Assembly (NCBI GenBank): GCA_012295275.1
Contig: CM022671.1
Coordinates: 29,512,001-29,576,000 of the forward strand
Source: Chrysomallon squamiferum
Taxonomy: Eukaryota; Animalia; Mollusca
DNA: 64,000 nt
Reading direction: 5' to 3'
Shown: positions 26,796-41,964 of the stretch, piece by piece
Layout: each line of letters opens with the position of its first letter
Position numbering within the stretch: the stretch's first letter is position 1
Notes under the pieces: model-generated
Seen by the model: only the letters and a program-made list of their open reading frames with translations
Database searches by the model: none
What the model was told of the DNA's origin: nothing
Made by a program: the position numbers and the translations under genes

Positions 26796-29700
26796 TTACT
26801 GATTCCTGTAAACACCTCTGACCAGACGGCTCTTGTATCGCCATATATCCTGAAAAATAAATAAATCATTCCAATGCAGCTAACTGTAATTAGTAATAAT
26901 AATAAAGAAAAGGCATACAGAATGGAATTGAAACGTTAGATTCTGAAACAAATTATCTGCAAAGCTCATTAACATACTAATCATTTTAAAATTAAAAGAA
27001 GCTATGAATATCACAGTGTGTGTGTGTGTGTGTGTGTGTCTGTCTTTGTATATATAATTTATATACACTCACAAAAACAAAATATTTTAAAACACTGAAT
27101 GTAAGCAATTGTTTATTTTATCATATTAACAAATGATAAACTTACTCTGAAAATGGTTTAAAATTTTTGCATTTATCAAACCTGATATTGGATGTCATTT
27201 TTCTTCAATCCAGTCCTTTTCTCAGCAAGATCCAAAACTTCATTAGCAATAATTTCCTGGCTTGAATTGCTAACGTCTATGTACTCACAATCACCAGTAC
27301 AAAAATGACAGGAGATGGACTGATGTGAAAAACAATTTTTACAGTTCTCAGACACTGTTTTTGGTTGTTTTTTTAAAAACTGGCTAAATACACTGAAGAT
27401 ATTCAGTGATTAGAATTACTGTTGTCAGAAAGAAATGATAATAAGATTTACACTTAATAAAATATAATTCACCATTTGAGAATTACTTTAAAAAATCAAA
27501 AATACATCACATGAAATTTTATTAAATTCACTACAGGTCTGAATATTTCATTTAATGACATTCATCCAAGCAATTATGTACTGAATGCTAAATTTAAAAA
27601 TGTATATAACCTAGTAAACCATTAATGTTTTACAAATACACAGTTTTTAAACACTGCATTTATTGCTATATACTGAACAGTACAACAGTTCCTTCAGTTT
27701 TCTAAAATTTGATGCACAAGACATTAAACAAAACAAGTACATATAGCGATTTAATTCAGGTTATTGCTAACCTTTCTGAAACCTTTTGTCCTGTTCATAC
27801 CAGACCCATGTATCAGTATTGGATGGAAGAAAACAGTATCTCCCTCATCCATGTCCAGATGCACCCGAGGAGTGGTTGGATCATAGTCACGAATACCATG
27901 ATACATTTTATTTACACCATCCTAGAGAGTAAATAATGCATTTAGTTAAAGACATTTTTAATATATATTTAAACTACCCTGTCTATAGTGCAGTAATCTG
28001 TACATTCAGTTAATAATATCTTTAATATGTAATATGTCAATGTCACCATGGTTAAAAGTGGTATCATTTAATTTACTTGCACTAATACATTTAATTAATA
28101 CTGTCTTTATTATCATATAATAAGTTTCCACCATGGTGAATATATATTTTATTTAGACACAGCAGACAGTGAAAAATATATTTAACATTTTCTTTAATAA
28201 ATCTTTATTAGATGAATAATGAAAATGAGCATATAACATTATAGAGTGTGATCTGAATTCCTGAGTCAGTTTTAGTTTTAAATTCTACAGTTTCTACCTC
28301 CCATTTGGGATAATCATGTTCAAGTAACTGCCCTTTGTGAGTGCCTGGTATCACAACAAGTCCACCATTTTCTCTGTTAATTCTCTGCATTGCTGTCCAA
28401 GAGCAGACAATCCTGTCAGCAGGTCTGAATGGAAAGTAGTACAAATCCTGGTGCATAGGATGACGAGATGTTTTCTTTCCTACAAAACCAAAATCTCATT
28501 TTTATTCAAATTTTAATTTATCTTATAAGAATAGATAAGAAATAGGAAAGGTTTATGTTGAGTTTCTTTAATATTTTACCTATCTATTTGTTTATCTTTT
28601 ACTTTTTATGATTATTAGTTATTTTTATTTTATTATTATTAATTTTTTAATTTATTTATTTTTCTTTCTTTTGAAATAAACTTCATAATAAAGGGAAACT
28701 GGATTTATGTCAAATATGATTTTGCTTTTGACAATTTTAATAATATGTTTTAAAGTAAATACCTAATCCATTAATGTTTAATTATTTTTATATTTCAGTT
28801 TTATTTCTTTTAATATCTTTCAATATAATTTATTTACATTTATGATGTTCTTTTACTATACATTACTGACTGCAAAGGCTGATGGTTCATTTCATTGTCT
28901 TTGCTGTTATAATAAGAAACACATTTTTACCTGAATCTGGTGGCTTGTTGATCAGCATGGTATGCATAGACAAGATGTTTGGACCAGTAAAACATTCAAC
29001 ATAATCAAGAATCTGTGAAAAAAAATAAAAAAACATTTGAAATGTTACATCTGACACATGAACTTGAAACAAAAACTTGACTTCCAGTTTTTATCTCACT
29101 TTTAACTTCAATGTCTTTTGTTTTGAAATATATTCAAACATTAATGGGAAACATTTTACAAAAAGATTTTATTATGAAATGTGTGCATAGATGTGTAAGA
29201 CTGCACCAGTTTTTTTACCAGTTCCTTTCATCTTCAAAAGTATATCCACTTAAATTTTCTAAAACCGTTGATCTGCTCATGAAAGGTGTTATTGCAAATG
29301 CACCATAAATATTTTATCTTATTTAATTATTAATGTTGTTTCTTTTTCAGCCCAAAAGTATTTATTTGTTTAACTGAAAAATGATATAAAGTTCTAAAAT
29401 GTTCAGATAAGTACTTGTCATAATGTATTTGTATAACAATAATTATTGGTAGATTAAAGAATGAAGTTTATTCATGTCTATCAAAAATACAATTTACCTC
29501 AGGTAGAGAGCAGTAGCTGAATAAAACATCATCAAACTGAAAGTCTTGAAGTTTTGTGATAGCATGTTCACCAGGAACAAACTCAGATTTTGCTATAGCA
29601 ATATCTCTCATCACAGTCAAACCAGGAACTTCTATTTCCCTTTTACATATCTTTTCAAACTGTAGTCTGAAACAACAAATATATATATATATATAAAAAA

Positions 29701-29898
29701 AAAAACACATTGATAAAATATGTAGATTAAGTTCTGTTGTGAATTTCATTTTAAAACTTTTAAAATGAAATTCACAACAGAAATAAATTTAATTTAAATT
29801 TAATTCTAATTTCATTTTTACAACTTTTACATATTATTTACAGATTCCAAGTTTTATTTATTTATTTATTTATTTGATTTTTATTATTATTATTATTA

Positions 29899-29936
<38 letters not shown>

Positions 29937-30569
29937 TTTTTTTTTTTTTTTATTATTATTTTTTTTGTAGCAACTTCGTTTTCTCACTTAATACCTTTTG
30001 ATGATACCTGTATTTATCCAAATGCTCTTTAGGCACCAATTTTTTGATCACCAAAAACCCATTATCTTCATAGAACTGTCTCTGCTCCCAGCTTAGTTTG
30101 GGATTGTCTAGTGTATACTTGAACTGCTGTCTGCTGTTATAGGTGTTGAAATTTTCAGATGCAGGACTGAAATTCTAAACTGTTCAGGAAATTTATATCA
30201 TGAAAAAATCCAGCTGTCAAACATGAGTGAAATTTTTATAAATCCATTAATATTTTATTACGAAATAACTTCACTGAAACTTATTCTGATTTTATTTCTC
30301 ATTCAAAACATCGAGATTAATGTATTTTAAATAATATAAATAAAAAATGCGTTTATTATATTAATAAATATAAATATTTACAATAAAATACTCAAATCTT
30401 TATTCATAAAATCCATGCGCATATTGCTGTATGTACAGTTTTAAAATCACTTATTAATAATTAATTCTGTTTGTTTCAAACTGGTATTATCGCCATACAA
30501 TGACAAGGATACAACAGATGTAGATTCTTTTGATAAATGCCCGAAAATTGTGTTAAGTCTTTCCGCCAT
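26796..30569 (-). CDS. PHYH: Peroxisomal phytanoyl-CoA dioxygenase
   Basis: 8 exons. N-terminal PTS2 RLNTIFGHL (RLx5HL); [22 protein letters not shown]; [10 protein letters not shown]; [25 protein letters not shown]; Fe ligands HQD and IHGSG plus the 2-oxoglutarate-binding Arg (GFRK). Ends [17 protein letters not shown]. Confidence 0.93.
30175..30512 (-). other. U12-type (minor spliceosome) GT-AG intron 1 of PHYH
   Basis: Donor GTATCCTTG at 30512; branch-like TTCCTGAAC at 30190-30182 just before the AG; no polypyrimidine tract; the phase-0 join keeps the frame. Confidence 0.75.
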
Positions 30570-32712
30570 AGTTTAAATCGCTCGTCTGTTAATACAACTG
30601 AAGTGTAAACAAAAAGTTATTATTTCATCGGGCTCAATAACATCCGATCTGTCAAAAGTTGAAAGTTGAACTTTGTAGCCTAGATGTTGAACTAGGACCT
30701 ACTTTAATCTCACGTCACGTTCCAGTTTTGTTTATAAGTTAATCATCCTAATTCCAATAATTTGATCAAATTCTAAAATTCTCAGAGAAATAGACTCACT
30801 GTAGCATAACAAGTAATAATGAGTATATAGTATATCACATGGACGTTGTTTTCAATTCAGCAAGTGTAAATAATTATTTTCTTTCTATCACGAAATGTCG
30901 GAAATGTAAGAGTTCCTTCCCTTTATGATTTATTTTTGTCATTGAGTTCGCTTCTTTGTCGCTCTTGATCTGTCAATAATATCTGAACAGTAGACCTGTA
31001 GATGTTGAGTTTATATTGCTAAGCAAACACTGAGCATAAATTCAATGGCATTTTAATGACCAAAAAAAAAAAAAAAAAAAAAAAAGAAAATGCCACATGA
31101 AACATATACATATTGGTCTACTCGTTAATAAACTCGTTTTCAAACAGAAACAAAAATAAATTTTATGGAAAAATGTATGCAGTGGAATTTATAATTCAAA
31201 ATTCATATATATTTGCACATTACATTAGGTACACAGTATCAAAATATTTATATAATGTATTAATGTCAAAATCACTTTTATTTGTATTTTTTAATTTAAT
31301 CAATCATAACATATTCTGTGATAATCAGTTTTTTATATGTTAATTGTTTGATAAATTAATCATTTATTAAATCACATATATGTATTATTAAGTATACGTT
31401 TAAAATACAGTTTAGCATATACATGTGTATTTAAGAATTTGGTTATTTGCAAAACCTTTTGGCTTACTAAAATATATTTTCATATAATTATGAGTATCAC
31501 GTTGGAAATAAGTGTACGATAGCGTGCTTTTACGAGTATTCCTCAGTGATTTCTTTATACGTTATGTGTTATTTATTTACCATGTATATTATTTTACCTA
31601 GTTAATTCATTTCAGTTATTATTATTACATGGTTAGTTTTGTGCAACAAATAGAAATTGTTTAAATAAACGGTGTTCATAAAATCCAATTAAAAATCCTG
31701 GATACGGTACATCTTGAAATACATAATTTTGCTATCGATTTATTCGCTAAACGTACGATACAGTGATCAGCTTAATGTTTACTTTATTTCAATGGATAGT
31801 GAGAACATCTGTTTCAGTCATTTTGAACGGAAATTAGAATAATACTGAATAAAAATGGCTGTTTTCCTAATCGGTGTGTGTTCGAAAACGTGACATTTTG
31901 GAAAATGTATGAGCGGCTCAAAATATCAGATTACTCAGAAGGTAAAAATAATAATTTACATTTTTATGAAACTTTTCAACCGTATGTTTAAAATGTCACC
32001 ATAGAACATTAGGTACAAAAGAATCGTAAATGTATATCCATTTACTTGTTGAAGTGACAACATAATATAGAGCTGCATAATTATACACGTGCATTATCTG
32101 CCTTCGGAATTTATCAACGTTCCTCTAACTACTATTGCTACTGTTGCAACTACTATTATTAATACTACGACTACTATAATTACTGCTGCTGCTACTTCTA
32201 CTACCCTTCTTATCGATTAGTAGTATTACGAGTATCTCTACTAGTACTTTTCTACAGTTATTACTTGAATAACTACTACTCTACATCGAGTAATACTTCT
32301 AATACTAAATATACTACTGCTACTTGCATAATTACTACAACTACACCTTCTCCTGCTATTACTACCACTAGTATTATACAACAGCTACTACTGTAAACAA
32401 GAACACGTAGAAGAAACAGAAGCAGGTTAAGATGTCTTGTCAGGCTTCTTTTAACCAGACAACAAAACGAACTCGTTAGGGGAAATACGTTTATACTTTC
32501 CTCTCTTGCATAGATATATCGTAACCCCATTCCTGTATTGCCAGTCGTTTTTTTGTTTGTTTGTTGTTGTTTTTTTAAATCCTCGCTCGTGATAAGAACA
32601 AATATTTGACGATAACAGTGAATTTTATCTACATGGCATACCAAACACACACTTACTCCACTCCGGGTTTATAGTCCGGGCTGCGAGGAAGTTGCACTTG
32701 TTTGTAGAAAAA

Positions 32713-33906
32713 ATGCCTAAAAGTCGTTACAGACTGAGTGCTGAGGCAAATAATTCCAAGGAAAATGGATTGCATAATATAGCTTGGAGTCAAACTGATG
32801 TTGATTCTGTTGACGTCATTGTTCCGAAGTCAGACGCAAATCAGTATAGTGCTCCTGGTTGGTGCCAGTCAGTTATTTTATTTATTTAATTATATTTATT
32901 TCGTAAATTTTAATTTAAGACAGAGAACCAGGTGGAGAAATAAAGAAGTTTGCAGTAATCAAGAAAGATGAAAAAGAAATATTATCATCTTATGATCAAA
33001 ATAATCATCATTATCGATGTTTCATCATCATAATCATTCTCATGATTATTATTTTTAGTAATAATAACAACAATCATTGTAACCAACATTGTTATCTCTG
33101 TTGTTATTACAATTATTATTATTAAAATTTGATAATGGTAGTAGTAATTGTTGTTAGTACTGTCGTTTATTTCTGAAGTTTAAGGTTTTTGATGTTAATT
33201 TTTTTTTTATTATTATTATTTTTTTAAAGATCAAATAATTTCTAATCCATTTATTTTAAATTATTTTAATTAGCGATAAAGTTATATTGATAATACTGAT
33301 AATAATAATTATGCTTGAAATAAATGTAATATCTATTCCTTATTAAGTTAAAATTATTATGTATATATGTTAATACTGAAAGTCATACGGACAACTAATA
33401 GATAAGTAAATAAAACATTTATAATATGATGATTATGTCCGTCAGCTTTAAAGATTAATGAAAACGTTAACAAGCTTTATCTCTTTTATTTGTTTATTTA
33501 TTTATTTATTTATTATTTTTATTATTGTTTAAAACAAAAATCAAAGGAGCAGAGCAAAGTACATACAACTATAACTGAAAATAATGTTTTAGATCTGACA
33601 GTTTTTATCGTTGTTAATAACTTTAAAAAAAAATTTCCTTTAAATTTTATTTATTTATTTTTTATTTTATTTATTTATTTGTTTATCTTGTGTGTGTGTG
33701 TGTGTGTGTTATTTTATTAATAGTAGTTTTTCTAATAAATATTTGAAAATAAAATCATATTTCCATTTGACGATGTTAGCGTTCAGTTAATTAAGCAAAT
33801 AACAAAACAAAAGCCTAGATAATGACCTATAATTATCTTTAAAAGGAATGTATATATTTATATACGTGTGAAGATAGAATACCATGTATACATTTATATG
33901 CATTTC

Positions 33907-33946
<40 letters not shown>

Positions 33947-36320
33947 GGGGAGAGAGAGAGAGAGTTCAGCGTGCCAACCAGCCACACCTAACCTGCAGTC
34001 ACATTAAACAAAATAGATTTGACTTTGATCAGAGATCTGAACACGAAGTTTATCTCAGAACTAGATAACATTTACAGAAACTGACTTAACTATGTCAATG
34101 TTTGTGATAAATGCATGTTTAGATACCGAATCTTTGAAGGTGATATTAAATATATCAGCTAGACAGTGGTGTGTTTTTATATTATGCAGTTTGTATTCTT
34201 TACTTAGGCTGGATAATAAATATAACAGAATCCTACAGAATTCTGAAAACGTAAATCAAACTTTAGTTCTTGATATTATAGTTATAGTGCTAAAATGAAG
34301 ACAAATCCAAAGTTATATCTATTCCTTTCTTTTATCTTCTTATTATTTGTATTATTATTATTATCATTACTGTTATCTTTATTATTATTATTGTTGCTGT
34401 TGTTGTTGTTGTTTATTTTAAAAGTATCCTACACAAATTATTTCAACAGAAACATAACTTATTAACATTATTGTATTTATTTATTTTATCAGAAGCACCA
34501 ACGACAAAATGGACAAAAGCAAGAAATTTGATAGGATTCTGGTTTGTATAAAAATAAATATTCCCTTAGTTTCGATGACATCAGTTCTTAAACAGCTCAC
34601 AGTAGTTAGTGTCACAGTGCAATTTATTATATATAAAATAAAAATTAAATAGATAATGATTTAGAAACAATGAAGCAATAGAAGGGTAAGCTACTGTTAC
34701 GTCATAAATATATTGTTCTCAAACATAAGCTTCACACTGACTTAAGTATTCCTTTAAAGTGATGTTTTTAAAGTGTTCCTTTGGTATTACGAAGAAACAG
34801 TCTAAGTAATATAGTTTGCATACTTACAAGTTATTTGTTTGTTTGTTTCTTCTTGTTGCTTTTTTTTTTTTCATCGCTAGACAAAATATAACTATCAGTC
34901 GGCCGTCGGCCGCATACGTGATGAAATCATGTCTATGAAAGGGTGGAAAAGAGGCCTTCAGATGTTTTGTAATTGTATTTTTTTATGATCATACTTTGTT
35001 ATCAACGATGATAGGTTATCCAAATTAATAGTATAATAAAAAGAAAGCATTAAGAATTCTGTTACACCATTTTTTCGTACCGCCACAGATACCCTTTAAA
35101 ATGTGGTTTGTTTTACGGCAGGCTCTTAGGGCTGTGCAACAACTTTGCTTACGTCGTAATGCTCAGTGCCGCGCACGACATTCTCACAGAAGAACAAATG
35201 AAAGCGAACGGTACCAATATCACGGTAAAGTTTTGGCTTTATTAATTTTGGCAGTCATGTGTATTAGTATAATATTATTGTGCAATTACAAAAGATCAGT
35301 ATAAAAAAAAAATGTAGTGAAAATAGCGAAGTATTTAAGGAACAACTAAATTAATTATATATATATTTGTTTTTTTGTTATATTGTTTTATTAGACAACA
35401 ACGACGGCCATTCCGATCACAACACCAGCAACGCCGAAAGTAACGCCAGAAAATAAGGTACAATAATAAAAATACCTGTGGACTTAACGCTTTTCTTATT
35501 TTGTCTGAGTGTGTGTGTGTTTGGTGCGCGTTTATGTATGGAGAATACTATCAGATCATAGGAAAGTAGCTTGCAGGATCGCAGACCTGATAAAACTGAA
35601 ATGTAAGAAAGGAAATTAGATTTTAATCTACCTATTAGATTCACATATTGACATATTCTAGCTGAAGATTGTTAGATAGACTGTTAAAAACATTGTATAT
35701 GTAATACATGCTTCAAACGATATATGCAATTTTATATGATGTCTTTTCAAGCACTGCTAATAAAAGTTTTCTTTTTATTTGTTGAAAGACTGTCGTTTAT
35801 TTGGAGTGTAACAAAATTGGAACAGGCGTAAGTATTATTTTAAAAATACATTTGTATTCTAATTTTTTAATTAATTTATTTATTATTATTATGGGGTTTT
35901 TTAAATGTAAAATAATCAGTGAAATAATTAATAAAATGAACAAGAACTTCTGTCTTGAAATAGACATTCTTTAAATGTTTACGAAGACGTGAAAAAATTT
36001 AAAAAAACAATCACAGATTCCACAAAGAACCCTCTACACAGCAAGCATTATTTTGAAATAAAATATGTTTATGAAATTAAATCGAAATTTTGGTTTTAAA
36101 TTAAAAATTATATGTAGGCGATATTACTGGCAGATATTCTTCCAACACTGTTAATTAAACTGACAGCTCCCTGGTACCTGCAGAAAATTAAATACTGGTG
36201 AGTTTTTCATTATTAAAGAACAAAGTATTAATTCTTTTTTCAAATGCAAACAAAATAAACAATAAAAATGACATTCGCCTGTATGTCCACTGAATCATAC
36301 ATCATGACCATAACAAAAAC

Positions 36321-36368
<48 letters not shown>

Positions 36369-37879
36369 AATAAAAGATAAATAGTGAACAAAGTGACAAT
36401 AACTGATTTTCTTAAATACCATTTATTGACTGTTAATTAATGAATATTAATATTTTTTCAGTTAAAGAATATTAATATTTTTTTCAGTTAAAGAATATTA
36501 ATATTTATTTCAGTTAAAGAATATTAATATTTGTGTTAATGAAAATGTTTCAGGATCAAAGTTACTCTGGTTGTAACATTTGCTCTCGCAAGTTTTCTTA
36601 TTGTTGGTCTGTCAGAAGTCGTCTGGGCAAATATATCTGGTAAGTGTAATTTAATACACAATTATTTCCCGTTCTAGCCAGTGTCTCAGATCTGAAATAG
36701 CAGTACCACATGAGTGTTTATAAAAGAGTGTTTCGGCATTCGGGTTTCTTTTCCAGACTGTCGTCAGATAAACAGACACAGTTTTAAGAATGGATTTGTC
36801 CTTACATATTATTATAATTGCAGTGCCGAGTTCTCAGAGAGAATATCTAGAATATAACCTTACGTCTGAATTTTCTAAAATCATTTTAGAAAAGTTAGTA
36901 ACCAAAATAATTAATCTTGTTACTATTTAACAGGTGTGGTTTGTGCAAGCATAAGTGCTGGGGTTGGAGAAATAACATTTCTCAGTTTGTCAACTTTTTA
37001 TAACAGGTAAGCTGCAAGTTCATTTTATTGTCTAAGATTAATCTGAGGATAAAACAAAGGATTAGTTTTCATAAATATTATTATTTGTCAACCCTAATTA
37101 TCCAAAAAGAAAGAAAAAAAAATGATTTACAAACAATGAAACTATTTAAAAAATAATAATAATAAATGTAAACAAAAAAAAACAAGAACAATATATTGTT
37201 ATTATCTGCAGTTCATTACCTTTCCTTTATTAAAAACTGTGAAGTGTATGTAAATCGAGCCTCATCATGCAGTTAATGCGGGTTTGAAAAAACAAAATAA
37301 ACAACAAAAAAAGACAAAAACATTTATTGTTATTATCTGCAGTTCATTACCTTTCCTATTTTAAAAACAGTAAAGTGTATGTAAATCGAGCCACATTATA
37401 CAGTTGATATTCGGTTGAGCTGTGCAGAATTAAAGCGATATTCTATTAATTCACACATAATTGTAATCAAATGTAGCGAACAACACCAACTAAACATTTG
37501 GAATAGAGATTTTTTGCCTTTTTTAAAATTATTTAATATATTAATATATAACGTTTCAGAGATGTCGTGTCCACGTGGTCATCTGGAACAGGTGGCGCTG
37601 GTATTCTCGGAGCACTGGCATACGCCGCAATCACCACCGTTGTGTCACCCCGTACGACGTTGTATATATTTACTGTGATCCCGGTTATTATGGGCCTCAG
37701 GTGGGTATATATATAAATGAAACACATGTTGTGGGGGGGGGAATATGACATTCAATAAATCGACAATTAAAAAAATAATAATAAAAAATAAAAATACGGC
37801 TGCAGTTAAATTACTTGGCGATATATAAGATGTATACACAAAAATAAAAACAAATGCAGAAGCGATTATTGTTGTTGTT

Positions 37880-37915
<36 letters not shown>

Positions 37916-40265
37916 CTTCTTCTTCTTCTTCTTCTTCTTCTTATTATTATTATTATTATTATTATTGTCGTCATTGTTGTAAGTATTTAATACATTTCAT
38001 TAATTATTATATCTTTCAGCTATTTTGTTTTGCTCACAAGTTACGAAAAAACAGAAGTTGTACCTGCAGCTAAAAGCGATCAGTCAATGCTTATTGAAAA
38101 AGGTAAAATTATTCTACATAAAACATAGTTTGTGACGAATATTGTTAAAATGTTTTATGTGTTTTCATATTTTGCTAGAATTAACCTAAGCATAACAATA
38201 AAACGTAAACATAACAGTCTGTGTGCAGTTATGAAACTAATGAAATCACCACACATAACGATTCATGGTAATTGTAAAGAAGATTAAATACATTGTGTAC
38301 ATGTATATCCTAATGCTTATTTTAGTATCGTATCAGCATATTTTTGCTAATAATAAAGTAAGTCTTCAAAATAAATTTCATAACATAAAAAATATATTTA
38401 CGCTATTTAATTTTCGTCAATAGTTACTTTTAATTCTGTTTTTATTTTATTTTTATTTTTTTTCAAACCGTTGTGCCATATTGAAAATTTGGGTTTCACT
38501 CTAATATTAAATATGTAATTATATAAAATAATTATTTCATTTTGGCTTCAGAATTAAAACATAAATATTTATTTTTTTTTTTTTCCAGAGCTGACACTGG
38601 TGCAGAAACTGCGACTGGTTAAGGTATGTATGTGTAAGAGTGTGTATTTAGAGAGAGACAGATACAGAGATAGAGAGAGAGACATACGTGCATACGTACA
38701 TACACACATATACAAGTACTCCCATCACACATTATTACTTTTACTTGTTGTTTCTTCTGTTAACAAAGTTTAATATTTTTCAGCCACTTTTGAAGTATAT
38801 GATTCCACTGAGCACGGTGTATTTCTCAGAATACTTTATTAACCAGGGTTTGGTAAGTATGTTTCTAACTCCACTAGAATTATATCATGGATGATATTTA
38901 GGTCAGTAATCATAGACGAAATATCCCTTTATACATATCGATACATATACAATGTGTGTGTGTGTGTGTGTGTGCGTGTGTGCGGTTGTGTATTATATTA
39001 TGCTGTATTGTACTTACATTACATTAGGTTACATACTGTATTTAAAAAATAATAAAAACTGTTATTATATAATTATTATTACATAATATCAGTCAGTGTC
39101 TTTTTCAGCATGAACTGCTATACTTCAATAACATATGGATGACAAAAGCTCAACAATATCGATGGTATTTTTTAATTTTAATTTTTATAGTTTTATATAT
39201 TTCGAGAAAAAAAAATAAAAAAATTAATATACTTTATTAACTATAGTCAATCCCAGCATAAAGATTTTTAAAACACTCAGCGAACACTACCAAATGTTCT
39301 GAATGCGTTCTATGTTCTTTAAAACAGATTTTTAAAAAGGTAATTGTTTACCTCTGTCGGATTATATATGTATCTAACAAGGAGTAATTACTCAGACTTA
39401 AGTTTGACCATAAGTGAAAATATCAACACGGTCGTATCTGAGTCACTAGGTCATTTATAATATATGTTAAGAATGTTATTGGAATTTTTATTTTTATTGT
39501 TTAACTTTCTTTCCTAACTGTTTTACGTAATATGCTTTTTGCATAGCGATGTGATGAGCACATTACACCGCGAATAATTTACTGGGATTACATCTGTAAT
39601 ATCCATTTTAATATTAATTTTCATTACATATATATTTTTATTATCAAAACGCAGAATAACGTCTTAAATATATAATTTATCTGTTTTAAATGGTTTTGCC
39701 TTTCTTTTATGTCGCGTAAAATGACAAATAAGATAGGAAATCCAGTCAGCCACTACGAGTCCATTCGTTGCCAATTAATTGAATGTATACTCAGTCTGAA
39801 AGTACATAATTATATGCACTAAGGTATATCCACCAGCTCCTAACTAGAACGGGAAATAACAGGTCTGCAATAGATGAGGGATGACGAGTGATCTATGACT
39901 CGCCGTTTTTCTGTAAATCGTTGTTTATACCAAATATTTTATATTTCTTTAGGTATCAAGTGGATTATCAAATTGGCGTATTTATATCAAGATCATCAGT
40001 AAACTGTTTCCAAATAAGGAAACTATGGATACTTCCTATATTGCAGGTAATGTGATGCAAAATAGCTTTTAATTAATGTGTATCTATGTAACAGATACGA
40101 TATAAATAATAATATGACGAAATAAATCTTTTATTCGCTTTGACGATTTTTAAAGTTGATTTTTGTTTTTATCTTTAAATATGAACTTTAAATCGTTTAG
40201 AAAGTGAATTTTAAAGGTGCAATGAACTAATATCGGCATGTTCTTACAATATATTAAATGAAAAT

Positions 40266-40299
<34 letters not shown>

Positions 40300-40503
40300 A
40301 CAGCTGGCTGTTCTGGTTATTCTACTTACACAAGTCTATTTTCGTTACATACCAAACATCTGGATTATCTTCGCTCTAATCCTGTTTGAAGGACTACTAG
40401 GTGGCGCTGCCTATGTCAACACGTTCTACCAAATGTCAAACGAGGTACATAGAATGAATAGTGTTGATTGTTCCTAATTTAATGTTGTTGTTAGCTTTGT
40501 TAT

Positions 40504-40556
<53 letters not shown>

Positions 40557-41182
40557 GAATAAAGAATACAATACAATTAAATTAAACTTATAAAAATACA
40601 CCACAACCATGGTGTGCCAGTTTCTGAAATGTGAGACTCATCAGTGTGGTATATATAATTAAACAGCAGCAACAACAACAATACATTATTATTCAGACGT
40701 CGTAGTATATGCTTTCCTGTAGAACCAAAGGAAGGTGTTGTAATAGAATGAACTTTGCGGATTTCATGTCATGTATTTACATAAAGAAAAGTATTATAAA
40801 TCGGATAACTGTTAATGGAAGATGTCATTAAATACGGAATCATTCATATTATTATTACATGCATTGTTATTATTTCTCTTCTCTTATGTTATCTAAATAC
40901 AAAATAATTTGAAGATTTAATTTCATGACAAATGAGATATATTTATTCATTTAGCATATAAAAGAGAAAAGTGGCTGTAATAATTAGCTTGTAATTACAT
41001 GAATGATATCATAATGTGCCCCCTCCTCCTCATTATTGTTCTTATTATTTCAGATACCATCAGAACACAGGGAATTTAGTCTTGGTGTAGCGACATTGGG
41101 TGATTCTATTGGAATATCTCTTGCAGGCGCCGTGGCTATACCATCTCATAATCATTTGTGTGACCTTCACCTTACCATGTAG
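32713..41182 (+). CDS. CLN3: Battenin (CLN3), copy 1, intact
   Basis: About 16 in-frame GT-AG exons: [132 protein letters not shown] possible alternative first exon lies at 31905-31941. Confidence 0.92.
36440..36530. repeat. Short tandem repeat (~28 bp x 3) in a CLN3 intron
   Basis: GAATATTAATATTTTTTTCAGTTAAA is repeated; the paralogous intron at ~49065-49105 has fewer copies. Confidence 0.75.
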
Positions 41183-41964
41183 TGTCTGGGTCAACATACA
41201 TTTTCTAGTTTTGTTGTGTAACTGTGATTCGTTTACTTTACCAAAGGATCAGTCTCAACGATGGGCGTCCAAACACAAAATAATTATTAAATAAAAATGT
41301 TTTAAAAATTATAATTTTTAAATTTATTTTATAAAATTAATATTTCTAATACTGCATATAATTGTGAAAATAAAATGATAAAAAATCAGATAGCTTTGTT
41401 TTTGAGAATAATTAATCTCTCTCTCACACTAACACACACTTTTACTTGAGAAAATACTCGATTTTCACTCAGTTTCATCAGGCTAACTTATTTGCGTGTG
41501 AATAATATTCACTGTTTATAAAATGAAGTCTATAAACTTATTATTTAATATATAATGGTATTCATCTACAATATCAGTTATCACGATTACGAAGTTATTT
41601 ATTTATTTTATTTTAATTTATTTAGTTTTATTTACTATTATTATTTTAATTTTTAAATTTAGTATTCAGTCAATTAAAGTAGACCCTAAATCTTAAAACT
41701 GGAATACTTGTGAAAAAGTGCTACGTATTTTTCAACCTTCTGGTACATAGCCTCGTCAGACAGCACTTCGTCAGTAGCTCCTACATACTCCTTTATACTT
41801 AGTACTGAATAATGGTGAAATTTTAAAATAATAATTATTTTATATATATGTGGTTTTTTTTTTTTTGTTGTTGTTGTTTTTGTTTATTATTTCTTTCCTT
41901 AGAACTGAGTAATGGTGAAATTTTTAAATAATAATTATTTTATATATACTTAGGATTGTTTTGA

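Larger units (their letters stand above)
26628..41770. repeat. Tandem segmental duplication, unit A (PHYH + CLN3)
   Basis: TCCTTTATACT..AATGGTGAAATTTT at ~26628 recurs at ~41789; GGTACATAGCCTCG at ~41742 recurs at ~53735. Exons, introns and intergenic DNA are collinear. Confidence 0.9.

Noticed and set aside
35101-35304. Duplicated [17 protein letters not shown]... (also at 47779, and the 37415/50123 pair)
   Set aside because: Wrong-frame readings of CLN3 exons.
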